The position numbers were made by a program, and so were the translations under genes. 32,000 bases of DNA from Bacillus subtilis subsp. subtilis str. 168 (GTDB lineage Bacteria; Bacillota; Bacilli; Bacillales; Bacillaceae), in assembly GCF_000009045.1 (NCBI RefSeq), contig NC_000964.3, positions 570,001-602,000 of the forward strand, in the 5' to 3' direction. Shown here piece after piece: positions 25,036 to 32,000 of this stretch. The notes beneath the pieces were generated by a model. The model saw nothing but the letters and a program-made list of their open reading frames with translations, searched no databases and was not told the origin of the DNA. Numbering within the stretch: position 1 is the first letter of the stretch; each line of letters opens with the position of its first letter.

Positions 25036-25066
25036 ATTATATAGTACGGCGAGTACTAAAGGTAAA
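25036..25066 (-). promoter_or_regulatory. MerR-style promoter for ydfL: TTTACC-19 bp-TATAAT with TAGTAC-N5-GTACTA in the spacer
   Basis: Minus strand reads TTTACC-TTTAGTACTCGCCGTACTA-TATAAT. The 6-bp inverted repeat is perfect (25042..25047 and 25053..25058). Confidence 0.4.
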
Positions 25067-25079
25067 GTTTGCAGCATAA

Positions 25080-25106
25080 AGAAAAAACTCCTTCTAAAAA
25101 GGAGCT
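25080..25106 (-). terminator. ydfM terminator
   Basis: Minus strand reads GCTCCTT-tttag-AAGGAGT followed by TTTTTC, directly after the stop codon. Confidence 0.65.
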
Positions 25107-25108
25107 TT

Positions 25109-26002
25109 TCATTCTTCGAAATAAGGATTTACATGGATGAGCACTTCTTCTACATCTGAAAACTGTCTTTTGATTTCATTTCGAATTTCGCGGGCAATGT
25201 CGTGTCCCTGCTTAATTGTCAAATCATGATCCAAAGATAAACGGACATCAAGCAATTTATAGTGGCCATGTTCTCGCGCGCGGATTCTATCAATTCGTTT
25301 TACCTGATCACATTGAAAAATAACAGCTTTATATTCCTCTATCAGCTCGGGATCAACACTCTTTTCCATGAGCACATCAACAGACGGCCTGATTAATTCC
25401 ATTGAAATCTTAAAAATGAGGTAAGCAACGATTGCACTGGCAATGGCATCGGCGTACAACAGATAGGACCATCCACGGCTGTTTCCGATGATAGCCAACA
25501 GGACGCCGATAAAAGCGGCAAGAGAGGCAACGATATCGCCTTTATGATCGTACGCAATCGCTATAATCGCTTTGCTGTTCCATTTTTTCCCTTGCTTTAT
25601 AGAATAACGATATAAGATTTCCTTAGCCACGTACGAAATCAGAGCCGCAAACAATGCGCTGTATTGGGGAACGCTTGGCCCTTTAACAAAGGACAGAATC
25701 GCTTCTATGAGGATATAAACGGATACGATCACTAAGATAATTCCTACAATCGCCTCACTAATGACTTCAGCTTTTCCGTGACCAAAAGGATGGTCTTGAT
25801 CGGGCGGTTTATTGGAAATTCCGATCACTGCCAAGACTGCAATCGAAGCAACGACATCTGCCGCGGAATGTATTCCGTCTGCAAACACGGCTTCACTATC
25901 GCCTACCAGCCCAAAAAAGACCTTTCCTGCCATTAAGATCAGATTGGCGATCAATGCAATCAAAGCAACTTTTCTGCTTATTTGTTCTCTTTCACTTGCC
26001 AT
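25109..26002 (-). CDS. ydfM: cation diffusion facilitator (CDF) divalent-metal efflux protein
   Basis: 297-aa ORF with RBS AGGAGG. Six TM segments with HSAADV and HKGD-type motifs, plus a cytoplasmic C-terminal domain. Confidence 0.92.
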   Translation of the reverse strand: MASEREQISRKVALIALIANLILMAGKVFFGLVGDSEAVFADGIHSAADVVASIAVLAVIGISNKPPDQDHPFGHGKAEVISEAIVGIILVIVSVYILIEAILSFVKGPSVPQYSALFAALISYVAKEILYRYSIKQGKKWNSKAIIAIAYDHKGDIVASLAAFIGVLLAIIGNSRGWSYLLYADAIASAIVAYLIFKISMELIRPSVDVLMEKSVDPELIEEYKAVIFQCDQVKRIDRIRAREHGHYKLLDVRLSLDHDLTIKQGHDIAREIRNEIKRQFSDVEEVLIHVNPYFEE

Positions 26003-26285
26003 TTTTTCCTCCTATAAAACTGCACAAAAAAATAGGAGTGCTCTATATACGCTCTCCGTATCCTTTCCTGTGTAATCACTTTGTTTATCATACCAATTCA
26101 ATTTCGAGTGGGTCTATAGCAACGTTGTTTCCTGTTTACTAATAAATAAGGTGACAGAAAAAAAGTTGGAGCTATGCTAAAAAGGTCATACAGCAAACAA
26201 ATGAGTTCTTATGTAACAACAGTGATGATTCGCTATTAAAATGCTGCCGTCAGTGAAAAATTTCCACCTAATTTTCAAAAACCTA

Positions 26286-26314
26286 TTGACATGAGAAGAT
26301 CTGTATTTTACTAT
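26286..26314 (+). promoter_or_regulatory. near-consensus sigma-A promoter TTGACA-17-TACTAT upstream of mhqN
   Basis: -35 at 26286..26291 and -10 at 26309..26314. TATCTC (26315..26320) follows immediately and GAGATA is at 26342..26347. Confidence 0.5.
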
Positions 26315-26442
26315 TATCTCATATTCAAGATATTTTAATTTGAGATATTTGGTCGGAAAGATCAGCGATCAAGCGCAACTCTAAGTGTTCAATCGTTGTC
26401 AGTTCTTTTACACAATATTCAATATGATTTTTTATAACATAA

Positions 26443-26460
26443 TATCTCGAATTCGAGATA
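26443..26460. promoter_or_regulatory. MhqR operator (perfect 18-bp palindrome TATCTCGAATTCGAGATA)
   Basis: Perfect 9+9 inverted repeat 18 nt upstream of the mhqN ATG. It matches my recollection of the MhqR box for mhqNOP. Confidence 0.7.
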
Positions 26461-26477
26461 AAAGGGAGTGTAGCGTA

Positions 26478-27098
26478 ATGGCTGAATTTACTCATTTAGT
26501 CAATGAAAGACGATCTGCAAGCAATTTTCTTTCAGGTCATCCAATCACAAAAGAAGATCTCAATGAGATGTTTGAATTGGTTGCATTGGCACCATCGGCT
26601 TTTAATTTGCAGCATACAAAATATGTGACGGTTCTTGACCAGGACGTAAAGGAAAAGCTGAAGCAGGCCGCAAACGGACAATATAAAGTGGTTAGCTCTT
26701 CTGCGGTTCTCTTGGTATTAGGGGATAAGCAGGCATATCAACAAGCGGCCGATATCTATGAAGGTTTAAAGGTATTGGGGATATTAAATAAGCAAGAGTA
26801 TGACCACATGGTGCAAGACACCGTTTCGTTTTATGAAAACAGGGGAGAACAATTTAAGAGAGATGAGGCGATAAGGAATGCTTCACTTTCTGCGATGATG
26901 TTTATGCTGAGTGCTAAGGAAAAAGGCTGGGATACCTGCCCGATGATCGGCTTTGATGCGGAAGCCGTAAAACGGATTTTGAACATAGACGACCAATTTG
27001 AGGTTGTCATGATGATTACGATTGGAAAAGAAAAAACAGAGAGCAGAAGACCGCGCGGCTACCGGAAGCCTGTGAATGAGTTTGTTGAGTATATGTAA
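26478..27098 (+). CDS. mhqN: nitroreductase-family NAD(P)H oxidoreductase
   Basis: ORF 26385..27098 is an upstream read-through. The ATG at 26478 (MAEFTHLVNERRSASNF) follows AAGGGAG and gives 206 aa. The RRS motif is typical of nitroreductases. Confidence 0.92.
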   Translation: MAEFTHLVNERRSASNFLSGHPITKEDLNEMFELVALAPSAFNLQHTKYVTVLDQDVKEKLKQAANGQYKVVSSSAVLLVLGDKQAYQQAADIYEGLKVLGILNKQEYDHMVQDTVSFYENRGEQFKRDEAIRNASLSAMMFMLSAKEKGWDTCPMIGFDAEAVKRILNIDDQFEVVMMITIGKEKTESRRPRGYRKPVNEFVEYM

Positions 27099-27113
27099 AA
27101 GGAGCGGATAAAA

Positions 27114-28052
27114 ATGGCTAAAAAAACGATGGGAATTCATCATATTACAGCGATTGTCGGTCACCCTCAAGAGAACACAGATTTTTACGCAGGAGTGCTT
27201 GGGCTTCGTTTGGTCAAGCAAACTGTCAATTTTGATGACCCAGGTACGTATCATCTTTATTTTGGGAATGAAGGCGGGAAGCCGGGAACAATCATTACCT
27301 TCTTTCCGTGGGCCGGAGCCCGCCAAGGCGTCATTGGAGACGGTCAAGTTGGCGTGACTTCGTATGTCGTGCCGAAAGGGGCTATGGCATTTTGGGAAAA
27401 GAGACTAGAAAAGTTCAACGTTCCCTACACCAAAATCGAGCGCTTTGGGGAACAATATGTAGAATTTGATGATCCTCATGGACTGCACTTAGAAATCGTG
27501 GAAAGAGAAGAAGGAGAGGCTAATACGTGGACTTTCGGAGAAGTAACGCCCGATGTTGCCATTAAAGGTTTTGGGGGTGCAACCCTATTATCAGAGCAGC
27601 CTGACAAAACCGCTGACCTTTTAGAAAACATCATGGGGCTGGAGCGAGTCGGCAAAGAAGGAGACTTCGTTCGTTATCGTTCCGCCGGTGATATCGGAAA
27701 TGTGATTGACCTTAAGTTAACGCCTATTGGCCGCGGGCAAATGGGGGCCGGAACGGTGCATCACATCGCTTGGCGGGCTAACGATGATGAAGATCAGTTA
27801 GATTGGCAAAGATATATTGCTTCCCACGGATATGGTGTAACTCCTGTTCGGGATAGAAACTACTTTAATGCCATTTACTTCAGGGAACACGGGGAAATCC
27901 TGTTTGAAATCGCAACTGATCCCCCAGGCTTTGCACATGATGAAACACAGGAAACAATGGGCGAAAAACTGATGCTGCCTGTGCAATATGAACCGCATCG
28001 CACACAAATTGAACAAGGGCTGCTGCCGTTTGAAGTAAGAGAGTTAGATTGA
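27114..28052 (+). CDS. mhqO: ring-cleaving dioxygenase / glyoxalase (VOC superfamily), two-domain
   Basis: 312-aa ORF with RBS AAAGGAG, starting 15 nt after mhqN. GIHHITAIV and VHHIAWR are duplicated VOC metal-binding motifs. Confidence 0.92.
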   Translation: MAKKTMGIHHITAIVGHPQENTDFYAGVLGLRLVKQTVNFDDPGTYHLYFGNEGGKPGTIITFFPWAGARQGVIGDGQVGVTSYVVPKGAMAFWEKRLEKFNVPYTKIERFGEQYVEFDDPHGLHLEIVEREEGEANTWTFGEVTPDVAIKGFGGATLLSEQPDKTADLLENIMGLERVGKEGDFVRYRSAGDIGNVIDLKLTPIGRGQMGAGTVHHIAWRANDDEDQLDWQRYIASHGYGVTPVRDRNYFNAIYFREHGEILFEIATDPPGFAHDETQETMGEKLMLPVQYEPHRTQIEQGLLPFEVRELD

Positions 28053-28153
28053 TTTGACACATAAAAAATAAAGAAACATATATTCAATTGATGATTGCTG
28101 GATGGTACTGTCAGCAAAGAATCAGATAAAATCAAAGATGAGGAGAGATACAA

Positions 28154-28543
28154 ATGGAAGATGCAGGACTGTTGCTTATTCGTATAATGATTGGTGTGGT
28201 GTTTTTGTTTTATGGCACACAAAAATTATTCGGCTGGTTTGGCGGATACGGGATTAAAGGAACCGGACAATGGTTCGAATCAATTGGGGTGAAACCAGGA
28301 AACGTTGCGGCCGCTCTATCAGGTCTTGGGGAGTTAGTAAGCGGAATTCTATTTATTTTAGGCGTATTCCTCCCGCTTGGAGCTGCTATCATAACAATCA
28401 TCATGTTAGGTGCTATCGTAAAAGTCCATGGAGCGAAAGGTTTTGCGAATGGCGCCGGAGGTTTTGAATATAACCTGGTGCTCATTGCAGTTTCCATAGG
28501 GGTTGCACTCATCGGTTCAGGAGCTTACGCTTTGCATTTTTAA
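28154..28543 (+). CDS. mhqP: DoxX-family membrane protein
   Basis: 129-aa ORF with RBS GAGGAGAG and about four TM segments ([22 protein letters not shown]). Confidence 0.9.
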
Positions 28544-28556
28544 TACGAAAGTATGT

Positions 28557-28597
28557 AAGAACAGTTGCTGCTTGTCAGTAACTGTTCTTTTATTTTC
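28557..28597 (+). terminator. mhqNOP terminator
   Basis: AAGAACAGTT...AACTGTTCTT followed by TTATTTT. Confidence 0.75.
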
Positions 28598-28728
28598 ACA
28601 TTTTCGGCAAGCTTGCAGGTACTCTGCAAAGCAAAAAAGCGGATATCATAAATATAAATCTGTATAGTGAATGATACGTATTGATGAGCTTGGTCATGAA
28701 AAACAGACCTATTTGAAGGAGTAAATGG

Positions 28729-29067
28729 ATGAAAGAGATGACAGGATTACATTCATTAGTTTCTATAGAAAACTTTATCAAACAGCACAAATTCAGTTTT
28801 ATTTATATATCAAGGCCTGGCTGTACAGTATGTCACGCAGTTCTGCCCCAGCTCAGAATAGTATTGGATCAGTTTCCAAACATCAAATTGGGGCATATCA
28901 ATGCTGACGATGTAGCAGAGGTCGCCGGCAGATTTTCAGTTTTCACCGTTCCTGTGCTTCTTTTGTTCATTGATGGGACTGAGTTTCTAAGAGAAGCCCG
29001 TTTTGTTCATTTTGAACAGCTTGAACAAAAGCTGAAAAGGGTTTATCGATTATATGAAGGCGAATAA
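28729..29067 (+). CDS. ydfQ: thioredoxin-like protein (CxxC = CTVC)
   Basis: 112-aa ORF with RBS GAAGGAG. SRPGCTVCHAV and a cis-Pro region (VPVLLLF) indicate a thioredoxin fold. Confidence 0.9.
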   Translation: MKEMTGLHSLVSIENFIKQHKFSFIYISRPGCTVCHAVLPQLRIVLDQFPNIKLGHINADDVAEVAGRFSVFTVPVLLLFIDGTEFLREARFVHFEQLEQKLKRVYRLYEGE

Positions 29068-29079
29068 AGGAATAAGGCA

Positions 29080-29108
29080 AAAAAAGAACTCAAATGAGTT
29101 CTTTTTTT
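29080..29108. terminator. bidirectional terminator between ydfQ and the 78-aa GerP-like gene
   Basis: AAAAAGAACT-caaatg-AGTTCTTTTT. Confidence 0.8.
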
Positions 29109-29343
29109 ATTCTTCACTAGGCGAAGAAGGGTTATCAACCTGCCCTTGATCACTTGTATCATTATCACAACTTGCTGAAATAATAATTGAATGAGAAGGA
29201 GAGTAATCTCCTAATGTGAAATTCACTCCGTAATTTTTGCTGTTCGCAGTATGGCTGTTTTGCAAGTTTTGTCCGATATCTGTATTGGCGTTTTGTGTCA
29301 TTCCATTTATCGTGAGATTTGAGATGTTGATTTGAGATCGCAT
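29107..29343 (-). CDS. small GerPA/GerPF-family-like protein (78 aa)
   Basis: RBS AAAGGAG lies 10 nt upstream. [32 protein letters not shown]...GD resembles the GerPA/PF repeat pattern as I remember it. Acidic Ser/Pro tail. A terminator follows the stop directly. Confidence 0.6.
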
Positions 29344-29499
29344 GCTTCAAAAACTCCTTTCACTCAGAAGTAGCTGTCATAAAGGACGCTGGCAGTCTAT
29401 TTACTTCTATGATATTGCGTTTTTATATCATTGCATCAACATAATGGTAAAAATAATAGCGAGTGAATGATCATCTTTTGAAGATGATCAACCTATCAG

Positions 29500-29531
29500 C
29501 AGAAATAAAGCCGCCTGATAAAGAGGCGGCA
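29500..29531 (-). terminator. terminator after the 97-aa holin-like gene
   Basis: Minus strand reads GCCGCCT-ctttatc-AGGCGGC followed by TTTATTTCT. Confidence 0.7.
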
Positions 29532-29547
29532 GATCGTTATATGTCAT

Positions 29548-29841
29548 CTATGAATTTGATGTATCGTTTTTCGTTTGCCTGAAGGATAAGATAGTCGTTT
29601 TTAATGATGAGTAGGAGCCTATAGCAGCGTAGCCATAAAACCAGCCCATAAATACGCCAGAAAAGAGGCTGTGTCGATGGCTTATGAAAACAGAAATGAC
29701 AAGGCCTGTTATTAAGGCAACTGACGGTACAAAAGTTTTGGGGATTTTCAATAATATTTTGAGGATTTGGGTTATCAATATGATGATTGGAACAGCTATC
29801 ACAGCATCCCAAAAGTTCGTGTGAATAATTGGAAAAGCCAT
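29548..29841 (-). CDS. 97-aa membrane protein with 2-3 TM helices, holin-like (resembles the phage A118 Hol118 type)
   Basis: ORF 29548..29853. The ATG at 29841 (MAFPIIHTNFW...) follows GAGGTG. The pattern VPIIILITQILKILLKIPKTFVPSVALITGLVISVF...GWFYGYAAIGSY, the length and a charged C-terminus recall A118-type holins. That comparison is from memory and no search was run. Confidence 0.6.
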   Translation of the reverse strand: MAFPIIHTNFWDAVIAVPIIILITQILKILLKIPKTFVPSVALITGLVISVFISHRHSLFSGVFMGWFYGYAAIGSYSSLKTTILSFRQTKNDTSNS

Positions 29842-29874
29842 ACGGCACCTCATGAAGTGTTTATTTCTTAATTT

Positions 29875-30105
29875 TTACGCTAAAAGCTTGGAAAGCAGCT
29901 CTTGGATCGCATATGTTACATTTTGGGCTTGATTGGCGGAGCTTGTTTGGCTTAAAGCATTGGATTCAAAAACCAAACCTGTATTACTCCCACCGGAACC
30001 CTCTGTTGTTTTAGACACAGAGAACGGGCTGATGGAAACTGCAAATCCGTTATTAAAAACGCTGTTCCCGGATATCGAATGAATATAAACTGGGAATTTC
30101 ATCAT
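29875..30105 (-). CDS. GerPF/GerPA-family small protein (76 aa)
   Basis: RBS AGAGGAGAG. ISGNSVFNNGFAVSISPFSVSKTTEGSGGSNTGLVFESN aligns well with my memory of GerPF (NSNGSFNLGDFYNVSPKENTKAYNGSGASNVGFVVNT). Confidence 0.72.
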   Translation of the reverse strand: MMKFPVYIHSISGNSVFNNGFAVSISPFSVSKTTEGSGGSNTGLVFESNALSQTSSANQAQNVTYAIQELLSKLLA

Positions 30106-30228
30106 TCATCTCTCCTCTCTGTTATGACTGTTTATACAATATGGTGTGTGAGCAGCAGTTGCTTAAACAAAACGGCAAAAACTTTCAGTAAGAGACAAAA
30201 ACCTGCAAAATGCCACAAGCGCCTTTTG

Positions 30229-30906
30229 TTAATGCAGCTTTTTAGGGACGTTTTTTTTATTTTTTTTGCCAACTTCATCAAAAATATTCTGATTGCCAGA
30301 CTGGGCTTGTCCGTCCTTATTTATGAAATCGGGGTGAATGAGTTTTTTCAGATCCCTGACTGTTAAAGGCTTGGCGTCATCAGTTAATTCTATTCCTAAT
30401 TGCCCGTTTGCCTCTAATGTCGCAATTTTGACATCTTGTATAGCCGTAACGCCGTGAAGCCTTAGCTGCATTTCAAGCTGGTCAGCTGTAAGTCTCATCT
30501 TCTTTAAGTTTTCGATATGAAGCTGTCCGTTTTCAATGACGATTTTTGCTTTTCCGGTTAACATCTTTTCAATGGTGTTCGATTTCATTTGGATCCATTC
30601 CATAACGATGAGTGTGCTTGTGAAAATTGCCGCTGCAATTAATGTTTTGAAGAGGCTGTACTCGATGATTGGCTGAACGATAATAGTTCCGATCGAAATC
30701 ATGACAACCGTTTGAGTCGACGTCATTTGTGCGATTGATTTCCTTCCTGAAATTCTCAGCAAAATGACCCCGGCTACAATGAGAACAAGAGATTCCCAAG
30801 TGAAATTCATGCTACCACCTGACCAATGATGAATTAGATTTGTCATGGGATTGGCTTTTCTTCCGGCCAATCGCAATTTAATATATCCGAAAGGCAGTCG
30901 GTTCAT
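30229..30906 (-). CDS. ydfR: DUF421-family membrane protein (YetF/YdfS-like)
   Basis: 225-aa ORF. The family-typical N-terminus begins at the internal ATG at 30810 ([30 protein letters not shown]), which is preceded by AGGTGG. The real start may therefore be 30810, giving 193 aa. Confidence 0.85.
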
Positions 30907-31018
30907 TCTGTCCTGAACCGAACAATATTTTTGGTATAGATGGATATATTAAGCCAAACAATGATAGCAACAGGAGTTTTTTGGCCGAAACAATCTGGGA
31001 AGCGGGGAGCGCCATAAC

Positions 31019-31726
31019 ATGATTGAACTTGAAGTTGTCATTAGAACGGTTGCCAGCTTTGGCTTGCTGTTAATCGCAGAACGAATTTTAGGCAAACAGA
31101 CAATCTCTCAAATGACGATTTTTGATTTTATTGCGGCGATCACACTAGGGGCGATTGCTGCCGGATTAGCTTACAATACTTCAATAAAACCGCACAATAT
31201 GGCCATTTCGTTTAGTATTTTTGTGCTAACCATTTTTCTAATTTCGTTTCTGTCGATAAAGAACAGGAAGCTGAGGAAATTTTTTGCCGGAGATCCAACA
31301 GTGCTGATTCAAAACGGGAAGATACTTGAATCAAATATGAGGAAAATGCGTTACACACTTGATTATTTAAATCAGCAATTACGGGAAAAAGAAATATTTA
31401 ATATCGAAGAAGTTCTTTTTGCCATTCTTGAAACGAATGGTCAGCTGACTGTGTTAAGAAAACCGCAATTCCGGCATGTGACCAAACAGGATTTAATGAT
31501 TGCGGTAAACCAAGAACAAAGGCTTCCGATAGAACTTATTATGGACGGAGAAATCATTGAGAATAATTTAAAGCAGAATCGTTTGACGGAATCCTGGCTT
31601 TTGGAAGAATTGCGAAAAAGAGACATAAAGGTGAAAGAGACCGTGTACGCAGTGCTGCTGGGTAATGGGGATATTTATGTGGATCAATATAAAGACCATA
31701 TATCAGTCCCTATGGATAAGGAATGA
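31019..31726 (+). CDS. ydfS: DUF421-family membrane protein
   Basis: 235-aa ORF with RBS GGGGAG 9 nt upstream. LLLIAERILGKQTISQMTIFDF is the DUF421 N-terminal signature. Paralog of ydfR, arranged divergently. Confidence 0.9.
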   Translation: MIELEVVIRTVASFGLLLIAERILGKQTISQMTIFDFIAAITLGAIAAGLAYNTSIKPHNMAISFSIFVLTIFLISFLSIKNRKLRKFFAGDPTVLIQNGKILESNMRKMRYTLDYLNQQLREKEIFNIEEVLFAILETNGQLTVLRKPQFRHVTKQDLMIAVNQEQRLPIELIMDGEIIENNLKQNRLTESWLLEELRKRDIKVKETVYAVLLGNGDIYVDQYKDHISVPMDKE

Positions 31727-31740
31727 AGGAACAATCAATC

Positions 31741-32000
31741 TTAAAGCCCCTTATTGAACGCAACGGTTTCAACTTGTCTTGGGTACGAAATATGCAGAAG
31801 CCCGTTTAACAGCTGAATCTGTAACAAATGAGTTTCAGCGGCTTCGGGAAGCTGAATGATTCGCTCAATTTCTCCGTAATACCGTTCACGCAGCACTTCC
31901 ATTTCGGCTGGAAAAACAGGCGTGATCGTTCCTTTGATCAGCAGCTGGGTTTTAGACAGTAAACGGATCGTTAATTCTTCCTCATACACACCGGGCATTT
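31741..32000 (-). CDS. cotP: spore coat protein P (Hsp20/alpha-crystallin family), C-terminal part; the gene continues past the window end
   Basis: The open frame runs to the window edge. ...ERIIQLPEAAETHLLQIQLLNGLLHISYPRQ is an alpha-crystallin-domain C-terminus. The position after ydfS matches the B. subtilis gene order. Confidence 0.82.
   Translation of the reverse strand, partial: MPGVYEEELTIRLLSKTQLLIKGTITPVFPAEMEVLRERYYGEIERIIQLPEAAETHLLQIQLLNGLLHISYPRQVETVAFNKGL

Noticed and set aside
26174-26239. 21-aa ORF (MLKRSYSKQMSSYVTTVMIRY) in the ydfM/mhqN intergenic region
   Set aside because: The GGAG is only 2 nt from the ATG. There is no supporting promoter or terminator and no recognisable peptide class.
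26385-26477. N-terminal 31-codon extension of mhqN (GTG start at 26385)
   Set aside because: The extension runs across the MhqR palindrome and has no RBS. The ATG at 26478 has a good RBS and gives the family-typical N-terminus.
26883-27347. 154-aa minus-strand ORF spanning the mhqN/mhqO junction
   Set aside because: It is antisense to two well-supported genes and has no RBS.
1-32000. Search by eye for CRISPR arrays, IS or transposon ends, integrases, prophage blocks, tRNA or rRNA genes, and toxin-antitoxin pairs
   Set aside because: I found no regularly spaced direct repeats and no transposase, recombinase or phage structural ORFs. No tRNA-like cloverleaf candidates stood out. The only adjacent small-gene pair (47 aa and 57 aa) lacks toxin-antitoxin-like features.

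Overview
This window looks like the ydeK-to-cotP segment of the Bacillus subtilis chromosome. I recognise it from gene order and protein sequences by memory and ran no database search. It holds about 37 intact protein-coding genes at about 40% GC. I saw no rRNA, tRNA, CRISPR array, transposase or integrase. Most of the window is a mosaic of small regulator-plus-effector modules for xenobiotic, electrophile and metal handling: two MocR/EamA divergent gene pairs (ydeK/ydeL, ydfC/ydfD), two HxlR modules (ydzF-ydeN, ydeP/ydeQ), TetR/MFS (ydeS/ydeR), ArsR/ArsB (aseR-aseA), ArsR/flavin reductase (ydfF/ydfE), the two-component system plus MMPL transporter ydfH-ydfI-ydfJ, MerR ydfL with ydfK, the CDF exporter ydfM, and the MhqR-controlled mhqNOP operon. 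The last 3 kb is spore-related: two GerP-like mini-proteins, a holin-like membrane protein, the DUF421 paralogs ydfR/ydfS, and cotP. Three decayed gene remnants are visible: a GNAT, an arsC and a HAD hydrolase. The best leads are listed here. (1) A second copy of the YdfI-box promoter architecture faces away from ydfH and precedes two micro-ORFs that are too short for the ORF track; one encodes a 57-aa two-TM protein. (2) An orphan GerP-like / holin-like / GerP-like mini-cluster lies next to the DUF421 genes and cotP. (3) Paralogous modules share operator geometry: MocR CCAG(T/A) repeats at 53-54/24 bp spacing, and an HxlR-associated GTGCGTACTT motif fused to the -35. (4) Two MerR-style promoters with 19-bp spacers flank ydfL. 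All regulatory calls come from reading the sequence and are hypotheses.
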